DNA of 64,000 bases from an uncultured Gammaproteobacteria bacterium (GTDB lineage Bacteria; Pseudomonadota; Gammaproteobacteria; Magnimaribacterales; Magnimaribacteraceae). Positions 20,548 through 29,121 of the stretch are shown one piece after another; the stretch's first letter is position 1; the number at the start of each line of letters is the position of its first letter. The notes beneath the pieces are model-generated. The model was not told the DNA's origin and made no database searches. It saw only the letters and a list, made by a program, of their open reading frames with translations. Both the position numbers and the translations under genes were made by a program. The stretch is taken from contig CAJWPI010000005.1 in the NCBI GenBank assembly GCA_913045055.1, positions 3,675 through 67,674 of the forward strand. The letters are read 5' to 3'.

Positions 20548-21206
20548 AAGAAATTGAATTTATAGCTTTTGATTTAGACGGAACTTTACTTGATACTGCC
20601 CAAGACTTTCTAATTGCTGTAAATCGATTAAGGTCAAAACATTCTTTTTCTAGTTGCGAATTGGAAGAGGTCAGGATTAGAGTTTCTGAAGGAGCGTTAA
20701 GCTTAACTAACTTTGCCTTAGACTTAAGAGGAGAAAATCAGAATAAAATACAGTTTCACAAAAATGAACTATTAGAGATATACAACTCTTGTTGTTTGGA
20801 CAAAACAGTTCCTTTTGATGGAATAAACAATTTGTTAACTAATATTAATAAGTCGGGCCTTAAGTGGGGAATAGTGACCAATAAACCCAAAAAGTTTGCA
20901 AAAAAGATAGTTCATCATTTCTTTTCGTCATACAGACCATCTTGTCTTATATGTCCCGAAGATGCTGGAGAGAGAAAACCGAGCCCTAAAGGGTTATTGA
21001 AAGCTTGTCTAGAAGTTGACTCAAATCCGACAAAGTCTATATATATAGGAGACCACCATATTGATATTGAAGCAGGAAAAAATGCAGAAATGATTACTAT
21101 CGCTGCTGCTTATGGATATATTCCAGAAGGTCAAAATCCTTCAAACTGGGGTGCAGAATTTATTGCAAAATCTCCAGAAGAATTAAATTCCATTATTTTT
21201 AGTTAA
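20544..21206 (+). CDS. HAD-IA hydrolase (MupP/phosphoglycolate-phosphatase-like)
   Basis: FDLDGTLLDT, VTNK, KPSP, YIGD..DIEAG; the ubiG-HAD-yciK arrangement matches Pseudomonas mupP. Confidence 0.85.
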   Translation: MKEIEFIAFDLDGTLLDTAQDFLIAVNRLRSKHSFSSCELEEVRIRVSEGALSLTNFALDLRGENQNKIQFHKNELLEIYNSCCLDKTVPFDGINNLLTNINKSGLKWGIVTNKPKKFAKKIVHHFFSSYRPSCLICPEDAGERKPSPKGLLKACLEVDSNPTKSIYIGDHHIDIEAGKNAEMITIAAAYGYIPEGQNPSNWGAEFIAKSPEELNSIIFS

Positions 21207-21210
21207 AAAT

Positions 21211-21960
21211 ATGATTGATATAAGTAGTTACCATCCACAAAGAAAATTACTAGCCAATAAAGTAATTTTAATAACTGGCAGTACTTCAGGTATAGGTAGA
21301 GAAGCCTCAATAACTTTCTCGCAGTTCGGAGCCAAAACTATTTTGCTTGGGAAAAATATTGAGTTACTTGAAGAAACATATGAGTTAATAGTTTCTAATA
21401 ATTTAGAAAAGCCTATACTCCATGTCTTAGATTTTGATCAAGCTAAAGAAGAAGAGTACTTTCAGTTAGCTGAATCTGTTCTGCAAGAATATGGAAAGTT
21501 AGACGGGCTATTAAATAATGCAGGAATTCTAGGAAAAAAAGTTTCTATAGAAGATTACAGCTTGAGGGAATGGAGAAAAGTCCTCAAAGTAAATTTAGAA
21601 TCAGGATTTCTGCTTACAAAGTCTCTACTTCCAGCATTAAGGAAAGCTAATAATTCCTCAATAGTTTTCACCTCTTCGGGAGTGGGAAGAAAAGGTAAAG
21701 CTTATTGGGGAGCATATTCTATCTCAAAATTTGCTGTTGAAGGTCTAGTCCAAATACTAGCTGAAGAATTAGAAAATACCTCGAATATAAGAGTAAATGC
21801 TGTTAATCCTGGTTCAACAAGAACCAAGATGAGAGTTGAAGCTTATCCAGCTGAAAACCCAAAATATAACCCCACCCCTAAAGACATTATGAATGCATAT
21901 CTTTATCTTATGGGTGAAGATAGCATAGGATGTAATGGGAAATCTATAGATGCTCAATAG
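21211..21960 (+). CDS. yciK: YciK-family short-chain oxidoreductase
   Basis: TGSTSGIG, NNAGILG, SSGVGRKGKAYWGAYSISK, NPGSTRTKMR. Confidence 0.88.
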   Translation: MIDISSYHPQRKLLANKVILITGSTSGIGREASITFSQFGAKTILLGKNIELLEETYELIVSNNLEKPILHVLDFDQAKEEEYFQLAESVLQEYGKLDGLLNNAGILGKKVSIEDYSLREWRKVLKVNLESGFLLTKSLLPALRKANNSSIVFTSSGVGRKGKAYWGAYSISKFAVEGLVQILAEELENTSNIRVNAVNPGSTRTKMRVEAYPAENPKYNPTPKDIMNAYLYLMGEDSIGCNGKSIDAQ

Positions 21961-22669
21961 ATAATACATCTTCTTGACTTAATTCTTTCCAGGCCCCTCC
22001 TTTTAAACCAGAAGGTAAGAATACATTTCCAAATCTAACTCTCTTTAATCTAGAAACTCTAAGTCCTTGACTTTCCCACAACCTTCTGACTTCTCTAGTT
22101 CTGCCTTCAGTAATCACCATAGCAAACCATTGGTTTGTACTTCCCTTCCTTCCTTCTTGGATATCAGTAAATTTAGCGAAACCATCTTCTAAATTTACCC
22201 CATTAACAAGCCGCTTTAAAATCTTGTCGTCTACTTTTCCATTTATTCTAGCGACATACTCCCTTTCTATATTTGAAGAAGGATGCATTAATCGATTTGA
22301 TAACTCTCCATTATTCGTAAATAAGATTAAACCTGATGTATTTATATCTAATCTGCCTACGGAAACCCATCTACCTGATTTTATCTTTGGTAAAGAATCA
22401 AATATTGTGTTTCTGTGATTTTTATCTTTCCTGGATGAAATTTCGCCTATTTTTTTATTATAAATTAGAACTCTTTTCTGTTGATTGGCATTCTTAGAAA
22501 GAAATATTTCTTTTCCATCAAATTTTACTTTATCTGAAGAAGAAATTAATTGTCCTAGACTAGCATTCTTTCCATTTACTTGGATTCTTCCCTCAATAAT
22601 AAGTGATTCTATTTTTCTTCTAGATGCTAGTCCATGCGAGGAAAGGACTTTTTGAATCCTTGATCTCAT
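21944..22669 (-). CDS. rluB: 23S rRNA pseudouridine synthase (RluB-type)
   Basis: S4 domain, VGRLDINTSGL, EGRTREVRRLWESQG; follows scpB. Confidence 0.9.
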   Translation of the reverse strand: MRSRIQKVLSSHGLASRRKIESLIIEGRIQVNGKNASLGQLISSSDKVKFDGKEIFLSKNANQQKRVLIYNKKIGEISSRKDKNHRNTIFDSLPKIKSGRWVSVGRLDINTSGLILFTNNGELSNRLMHPSSNIEREYVARINGKVDDKILKRLVNGVNLEDGFAKFTDIQEGRKGSTNQWFAMVITEGRTREVRRLWESQGLRVSRLKRVRFGNVFLPSGLKGGAWKELSQEDVLSIEHL

Positions 22670-22696
22670 TTAAACAAAAATCTTTAGTTGTAAATA

Positions 22697-23299
22697 CTAA
22701 GAATGTAGAGAATCTTTAGAAGGCTGTTCTATTTCATGCTCTTCCTTCTCCAAAGGAAGATTCATATCTAGTGTTTCTACTTCTGGAAGATCGGGAAGTC
22801 TTGGTAGTTCTCTAAGGTGTTGTAATCCGAAATAATCTAGAAATTCCTTAGTTGTTGAATATAACGAAGGCCTACCGGGGACATCTCTATGACCCACTAC
22901 TTTAATCCAACCTCTCTCCATAAGGCCTCTTATTAGCTGGGTCCCAATGCTAACTCCTCTAATATCCTCTATTTCTCCTCTTGTAATGGGTTGTCTGTAC
23001 GCTATTAAAGAAAGGGTTTCAAGCGTAGCTTTAGATAAAGACTTAGGTTTCTCTTTCCATAATTTAGCAATATAAGGTGAAAACTCTTGTCTTACTTGAA
23101 GTCTATACCCAGAAGATACTAATTTTAACTCCACCCCTCTAGTTAGAGATTGAAGCTCTATTTCTTTAAGAACTTCCTTTATTTCCTCTCTAGAAGGTTT
23201 TTCATTTTCTTCAAAGATTGCTTGTAATGCCTCTATCGTCAAAGGTCTTGAAGCGGATAAAAGTGAAGCTTCAATAATTTGTAGGAGTTTCTTTTGCAT
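22697..23299 (-). CDS. scpB: SMC-Scp complex subunit ScpB
   Basis: LETLSLIAYRQPITRGEIEDIRGV, GRPSLY.TT..FL..FGL. Confidence 0.96.
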   Translation of the reverse strand: MQKKLLQIIEASLLSASRPLTIEALQAIFEENEKPSREEIKEVLKEIELQSLTRGVELKLVSSGYRLQVRQEFSPYIAKLWKEKPKSLSKATLETLSLIAYRQPITRGEIEDIRGVSIGTQLIRGLMERGWIKVVGHRDVPGRPSLYSTTKEFLDYFGLQHLRELPRLPDLPEVETLDMNLPLEKEEHEIEQPSKDSLHS

Positions 23300-24111
23300 T
23301 AATGTACCTCTTTTATTCCTTTTATATGTATGGGACCAAATTCTTCAGACTGCACTATTTCTATTAAAGAATCCTTGATTAATTCTAGAACTGCTAAAAA
23401 GGTAACTACTACACCTAGTCTACCTTCTTGAACTGAGAATAAAGAAGAAAATTCTATAAAAGATTCTTTCTTCATCCTCTCTAAAATTTCGGACATTCGT
23501 TCTCTTGTTGAAAGTTGTTCAAAATTAATTAAATGAGCCTTAGATTGTTCCATTCTTTGCATTACCTCAGATAAAGATTGAGATAAGTCTTGGAGAGAGA
23601 TCTCAACTACAGGAGTTTCTATCTGGAATTCAGGTAGTTTTGCAGAAGATGAAAAGAAATCTCTATTGAGTCTGGGAATTGCATCTAATTTCTCCGAAAT
23701 CTGTTTGAATCTTTGGTACTCCTGCAATCTATGAATAAGTTCAGCTCTAGGATCTTCTTCAATTAGCTCTTCTTCATGTCTAGGGAGAAGCATTCTTGAT
23801 TTAAGTTCTGCAAGATAAGCAGCCATTACTAGATAATCTCCTGCTAATTCAATTTGAAAGGCCTCCATAAGGTTTATATAAGACGTGTATTGCTCAGTTA
23901 TAAGCTCTACATTTATATCAGTGATATTAATATTCTGTTTCTTAATTAGATAAAGAAGAAAATCTAATGGGCCTGCAAATGTATCAAGTAGAACCTCTAA
24001 AGCATTGGGGGGTACATAAAGATCCTCTGGTAAAGAAGTGACATTCTCCCCCTTTACCGTGGCTAAAATGAGCTCCTCTTGACGAGGAATCTTGGTTTTT
24101 ATATCAACCAT
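23299..24111 (-). CDS. scpA: SMC-Scp complex subunit ScpA (kleisin)
   Basis: FAGPLDFLLYLI, YLVMAA, KSRMLLP, VVTFLAVLEL. Confidence 0.96.
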   Translation of the reverse strand: MVDIKTKIPRQEELILATVKGENVTSLPEDLYVPPNALEVLLDTFAGPLDFLLYLIKKQNINITDINVELITEQYTSYINLMEAFQIELAGDYLVMAAYLAELKSRMLLPRHEEELIEEDPRAELIHRLQEYQRFKQISEKLDAIPRLNRDFFSSSAKLPEFQIETPVVEISLQDLSQSLSEVMQRMEQSKAHLINFEQLSTRERMSEILERMKKESFIEFSSLFSVQEGRLGVVVTFLAVLELIKDSLIEIVQSEEFGPIHIKGIKEVH

Positions 24112-24183
24112 TCTTCCAATACTCCATGTATTGGAGGTTTATTATAGCCAGCTCTTGAAAAAAACGCATCTATGCATTTTTTC

Positions 24184-25815
24184 TTATGAATATCTATTAG
24201 TAATTGGATATCGTCTGTCTTTTCCAAAACCTCTAGCAGTAATCCTTACTCCTGGAGGAGCTTGTCTCCTTTTATATTCATTCTTGTCTATAAGATTAAT
24301 AACTTCTTCGACAGTTTTTTTCTTTAAACCCTTGCTAACTATCTCTTCTAATGCTGCATCTTTTTCAACATATAACTCTATTATCTCATCTAGGATTTCA
24401 TAGCTAGGAAGGCTGTCTGAATCTTTTTGATCAGCAGAAAGTTCAGCTGAAGGAGGTCTATCAATAATTCTTTTCGGAATCACCTCAGATAAAGAGTTTC
24501 GATAATCTGCTAATTGATATACCCAAGTCTTAGGAACATCTTTAAGCACCCCAAAACCTCCTGCCGTATCCCCATAAAGAGTAGAATATCCAACAGCAGT
24601 CTCACTTTTATTACCTGTGGTAAGTACCAATAATCCTAATTTATTAGAAATAGCCATTAAAAGAACACCTCTAGCTCTTGATTGTAAATTTTCTTCTGTC
24701 TTGTCTTTATCTTTTCCTAGAAAGGTATCCTTTAAAGATGTTTCAAAGGAATCAAATATCTTACTAATATCTATAACCTTATGGGAAATGCCCAGATTGG
24801 TGGCTAGTTTGTTAGCATCTACAATGCTCATTTCAGAAGTATATTTGAAGGGCATCATAAAAGTTTTAACTTTATCTGGGCCTATAGCATCTGCAGCTAT
24901 TACTGCTGTAAGAGCTGAATCAATGCCACCAGAAGATCCTATTATTGCTCCCGAAAACTTGTTTTTTTGAATATAGTCTTTTGTACCTAATACTAGGGCA
25001 TCATAGAGATCTTCTAATTCTGTCCTTACCACTTTTTCTTTCTTAATTTTATTATTAGAAATAAGAGATAGATCCGTATTATTAAGTTCTACAATTTCAG
25101 AATGAGTTTTAAAACTAGGAAATAATTTAGAACATTCTCCTTCTGTAGAAAAAATCATGGATGCTCCATCAAAAACCAGTTCGTCTTGTCCCCCTACCTG
25201 ATTTACATAAATTATTGGAACAGAGAACTTCTTCGCATGCTTTGAAACTAGCTCTATTCTTTCTTTTATTTTATTTCTATGAAAAGGAGAGGCATTTAAA
25301 TTTATTACTAAGTCAGCGCCTCTTCTCGCAGCTTGACGAATAGCTTTTGTATGCCAAATATCTTCACAAATGGTTAAGGCTATATGCTTGCCCTTAACCT
25401 TGAATAAACACGGTCCTTTTCCAGGTGAAAAATATCTTTTCTCATCAAAAACATTATAGTTGGGTAGTTCCTGTTTAAAGTATTCGTGCTGTATCGAGCC
25501 TTGATATATCACCCCAGCTGCATTAAAAAGTTTACCTTTTTTTAACCTAGGGTATCCTATAACGATGTGGATATCTTTATATGCTTTGCTTATTTCTTCA
25601 AGATTTTGGTTAACAGCCTTTAATAAATCTTCTCTATATAATAGATCTTCAGGAGGATAACCTGTTAAGAACATTTCGCTAAAAACTACAATATCTGGAG
25701 GCCTTTTCTTTCCAAAACCTTTTATACTCTTAATAACTAAATCGGTATTGCCTTGAATATCTCCAACAACAGGATTCTCTTGAACTATACCTATTCTGAT
25801 TGATGAAATTGACAT
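24184..25815 (-). CDS. nadE: Glutamine-dependent NAD+ synthetase
   Basis: Nitrilase-like domain (GYPPED, ICEDIW) plus SGGIDS, ENLQSR, TGNKSE, YSTLYGD, EYKRRQ. Confidence 0.96.
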   Translation of the reverse strand: MSISSIRIGIVQENPVVGDIQGNTDLVIKSIKGFGKKRPPDIVVFSEMFLTGYPPEDLLYREDLLKAVNQNLEEISKAYKDIHIVIGYPRLKKGKLFNAAGVIYQGSIQHEYFKQELPNYNVFDEKRYFSPGKGPCLFKVKGKHIALTICEDIWHTKAIRQAARRGADLVINLNASPFHRNKIKERIELVSKHAKKFSVPIIYVNQVGGQDELVFDGASMIFSTEGECSKLFPSFKTHSEIVELNNTDLSLISNNKIKKEKVVRTELEDLYDALVLGTKDYIQKNKFSGAIIGSSGGIDSALTAVIAADAIGPDKVKTFMMPFKYTSEMSIVDANKLATNLGISHKVIDISKIFDSFETSLKDTFLGKDKDKTEENLQSRARGVLLMAISNKLGLLVLTTGNKSETAVGYSTLYGDTAGGFGVLKDVPKTWVYQLADYRNSLSEVIPKRIIDRPPSAELSADQKDSDSLPSYEILDEIIELYVEKDAALEEIVSKGLKKKTVEEVINLIDKNEYKRRQAPPGVRITARGFGKDRRYPITNRYS

Positions 25816-25949
25816 CCTTACTTTATATAAACTTCTTGGTGAATTTAAACAATAGGGTAATTTCTTTAGATTAAGGTATATATTATCATTGAAAAGTATT
25901 CAATATGACTCTTATATATGTAAAATGCCCTTCCTTTTAAAATAGACCA

Positions 25950-26990
25950 ATGCAGTATCAAACTGATAATATCCGAATTTCTGGCATGGAAGAGTTAATG
26001 CCAGCTAATGATCTGATTTCTTTACAACCAATATCTGAAGCATCTTCAAAGCTAGTATTTGAAACAAGGTCTAGAATTTCTAAAATTGTCTCAAGAGAAG
26101 ATAAAAAACTAATAGTTGTGGTTGGACCATGTTCGATCCATGATCCAAAGGCAGCTATTGAATATGCCTCAAAACTTAGAGAGGAAACTAATCAATATAA
26201 AGATAATCTTGAAGTTGTCATGAGAGTTTATTTTGAAAAACCTCGAACAACCGTGGGTTGGAAAGGTCTAATAAATGATCCTGATTTAAATAACTCCTAC
26301 GATATAAATAAGGGTATAGCAATAGCAAGACAATTGCTTAGAGAAATAAATGATCTTGGAATGGCAGCTGGAACTGAGTTTCTAGATGTTATAACTCCTC
26401 AATATATAGCTGACTTAATATCTTGGGGTGCAATTGGTGCCAGAACTACTGAGAGTCAAGTTCACAGAGAACTCACCTCTGCTCTGTCATGCCCTGTAGG
26501 TTTTAAAAACTCTACTGGAGGGGGAGTTCAGGTAGCTGTGGATGCAATAAAATCTGCACAAAACCCCCACATTTTCCTTTCAGTTACTAAGGAAGGTCGT
26601 ACTGCAGTATTTTCTTCTAAAGGTAATGAGGATTGCCATATAATTCTTAGAGGAGGAAAAGAACCAAACTTTGATAGTAAAAGTATAGAAGAAACTTCTT
26701 CCCTTCTATCTAAATCAGAACTTACTGAGAGTATTATGGTTGATATGAGTCATGGTAATAGTAAAAAACAACACAAGAAACAAATCGAAGTTTGTGAAAA
26801 TATTTGTGATCAGCTTTTATCAGGTGAAAAAAGAATAACAGGAGTAATGCTTGAAAGTAACCTCGTAGAAGGAAATCAAGAAATTAAAAAGAAAAGCGAT
26901 CTTATCTACGGTAAAAGTATTACAGATGCATGTCTTGGATGGGAAGATACAAGGAGCTGTTTAAATAAACTCGCAGAATCCCTTAAATAG
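25950..26990 (+). CDS. DAHP synthase, class I-alpha (AroF/G/H family)
   Basis: GPCSIHD, RVYFEKPRTTVGWKG, IGARTTESQ, DMSHGNS, SITDACLGW. Confidence 0.96.
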   Translation: MQYQTDNIRISGMEELMPANDLISLQPISEASSKLVFETRSRISKIVSREDKKLIVVVGPCSIHDPKAAIEYASKLREETNQYKDNLEVVMRVYFEKPRTTVGWKGLINDPDLNNSYDINKGIAIARQLLREINDLGMAAGTEFLDVITPQYIADLISWGAIGARTTESQVHRELTSALSCPVGFKNSTGGGVQVAVDAIKSAQNPHIFLSVTKEGRTAVFSSKGNEDCHIILRGGKEPNFDSKSIEETSSLLSKSELTESIMVDMSHGNSKKQHKKQIEVCENICDQLLSGEKRITGVMLESNLVEGNQEIKKKSDLIYGKSITDACLGWEDTRSCLNKLAESLK

Positions 26991-27071
26991 ATTGTAAATT
27001 CTTTAGATTTTTTCTTAAGTAGTACTTCAGAACCCTTGAGGTATCTTTTAGTCTCTTTATACTTACAAGTA

Positions 27072-28163
27072 ATGAACCAATCATCTTCTATAAAAATTTC
27101 AAAAGAAATAGCTAAAACTTTAGGATTAAATCAGGCAGTATTACTGGAGATAATTCAGTCTATTATTCTTGTAAGAAAAATTAATGAAGTTTCTTTAAAA
27201 GACATACTTTCTGAGACACCCTTTTGGAACCAAAAAAAGGTTCAAAAAAACATAGAAAGTTTAATGTCAAAGGGTATTTTGAAAGAATTAAATAACAAAA
27301 ATACTTTTAAATTAGGCTCTTATAACAAAAAGAATCAAGAATTAGTTCCTAGAACTTATACTAAATTTAAAGGTCATGAAAAAACTAATATTGAACAAAG
27401 GTGGAAACCAAGGCCTGAAACAATTCTTCAGGCTAAAGAATATGGAATACCTGATAAGTTTACTTACTCCCAATTAGAAGAATTTATCCATTTCTATAAA
27501 GAAAAAGGTGAACAAAATAGATCATGGGACTTAAAATTTCTTAGATACATAATTAAAGAATGGCGAAAAAGGGAGATAGAAGTTAATAAGGCTTCTAAAA
27601 GAAAGCTTATAAATAAAGAATGGCTACCTGACGGTGAAGCTCTAGAGATACTTTACAAAAGTGGTGTGACAAAAGAATTTATAGAAAATGAAATTCCTGA
27701 ATTTACACTTTATTGGCAAGATAAAGGTGAAGCTTCTGATACCTGGAACTCAAGATTTATTTCCCATATTAGAAGGCAATGGGCTAGAGCTCAAAATTTA
27801 ATTAATAATTCTGATCTACCAACTCCTATGGATAAAGCATGGTTACCAAGTAAAGATTTTTATGAAGTCCTGTCATTATCAGAAATTGATAAAGAATTTG
27901 CAGATTCATGCATTAAAGAATTCATACTTTATTGGCAAGAAACTGGTCAATCTCATAACTCATGGAATAGTAAGTTCTTTAGACATGTAAAATTTCAATG
28001 GGAAAAGGGATCAAAAAATTCCCACAACAATTTAAATAAAATAATTAAGGCTAATTGGTCTACTTATCAGCCGAAGGTTTTTACTAAAGATAGTCAAAAC
28101 AAACAATCTAAGAAAAACATAAATACGAAGCTCAAACAACTTAAAGATAAATATAACTTTTAA
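27072..28163 (+). CDS. wHTH plus three tandem DnaT-like ssDNA-binding domains (putative replication/restart protein)
   Basis: ATG at 27072 preferred over the ORF-track TTG at 27036. N-terminal IAKTLGLNQAVLL..PFW resembles replication-initiator wHTH domains; three W.P..EF..YW..G..W..F..W repeats follow. Confidence 0.7.
   Translation: MNQSSSIKISKEIAKTLGLNQAVLLEIIQSIILVRKINEVSLKDILSETPFWNQKKVQKNIESLMSKGILKELNNKNTFKLGSYNKKNQELVPRTYTKFKGHEKTNIEQRWKPRPETILQAKEYGIPDKFTYSQLEEFIHFYKEKGEQNRSWDLKFLRYIIKEWRKREIEVNKASKRKLINKEWLPDGEALEILYKSGVTKEFIENEIPEFTLYWQDKGEASDTWNSRFISHIRRQWARAQNLINNSDLPTPMDKAWLPSKDFYEVLSLSEIDKEFADSCIKEFILYWQETGQSHNSWNSKFFRHVKFQWEKGSKNSHNNLNKIIKANWSTYQPKVFTKDSQNKQSKKNINTKLKQLKDKYNF
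27390..28001 (+). repeat. Three intragenic protein repeats with a 73-aa (219-bp) period
   Basis: Trp residues at 123/196/269, 164/237/310 and 176/249/322 (ORF-track numbering), aligned without gaps. Confidence 0.85.
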
Positions 28164-28215
28164 CTTTTTCATTTAGTATTTTAGTGTTATAGTTAGGTAT
28201 AACACCTAAGAATTA

Positions 28216-29121
28216 ATGAAAATTAGAAGAACGTATAAAACTGCTGCAATAACCTTTGTTTTAGCTTTTCTATGGCTTCTTTCTGGTCTATTGGTTAACA
28301 ATGAAAGTAGCTCTAAAGAAATTGCAGACCTAGAAACAATCTCTTCAGTTACGGTCTTAAAGAGTGAAGCTAAATTACATTCAAAAAAAATTAAAGTTAG
28401 TGGTTTTACTGAGGCAGAAAAATTAGTCAATGTTAAAGCAGAGATTAGCGGAAGAGTAACAGAAACTCCATTTAGACAAGGAGAATATGTAAAAAAAGGT
28501 GATGTGATATGTCAACAATATATTGCTGGAAGAGAAGCCTACCCTAAAGTTTTTGCTCCTTTCAATGGATATTTAGAAAGAGTTTATGTTGAGAGCGGTG
28601 ATTATCTTAATGTTGGAGGAGTTTGCGCTACATTAATAGACCCAAATCCTATGCTGATAGTAGGGGAAATTTCAGAAAAAGAAATTGCATTTGTGAAACT
28701 CAATACTCAAGCAAAGGCTAAATTGATATCAGGAAATGAAATTGAAGGACTAATAACTTTTGTCGGTACTTCTGCTGACAGAGCAGGTAGAACTTTTAGG
28801 GTAGAAATGAGCGTTGAAAATAACGACAGATCTATAAGAGATGGCATATCAGCAGCAATAACTATTGAAGCAAACAAGGTTCTTGCTCATAAAGTTTCTC
28901 CTGCAATACTCATGCTGGGGGATGAAGGTCAGTTGGGAGTTAGAACAGTAAACTTAAATAATGAAGTGGAATTTAATACCATTGAAATTCTAGAAGATAC
29001 TTTAAATGGAATTTGGATTACGGGCTTACCTCAAACTTCTAGAATAATTACTTTAGGACAAGAATATGTGTTTCTAGGGCAAACAGTTAAAGTCAAGGAA
29101 GTTATTTCTCCAGAAGTATGA
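28216..29121 (+). CDS. RND efflux periplasmic adaptor (membrane fusion protein) lacking the alpha-helical hairpin
   Basis: N-terminal TM, lipoyl halves VKAEISGRV..GEYVKKGDVIC and VFAPFNG..ESGDYL, RTFRVE, beta-barrel and MP domains; overlaps the RND start. Confidence 0.88.
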   Translation: MKIRRTYKTAAITFVLAFLWLLSGLLVNNESSSKEIADLETISSVTVLKSEAKLHSKKIKVSGFTEAEKLVNVKAEISGRVTETPFRQGEYVKKGDVICQQYIAGREAYPKVFAPFNGYLERVYVESGDYLNVGGVCATLIDPNPMLIVGEISEKEIAFVKLNTQAKAKLISGNEIEGLITFVGTSADRAGRTFRVEMSVENNDRSIRDGISAAITIEANKVLAHKVSPAILMLGDEGQLGVRTVNLNNEVEFNTIEILEDTLNGIWITGLPQTSRIITLGQEYVFLGQTVKVKEVISPEV

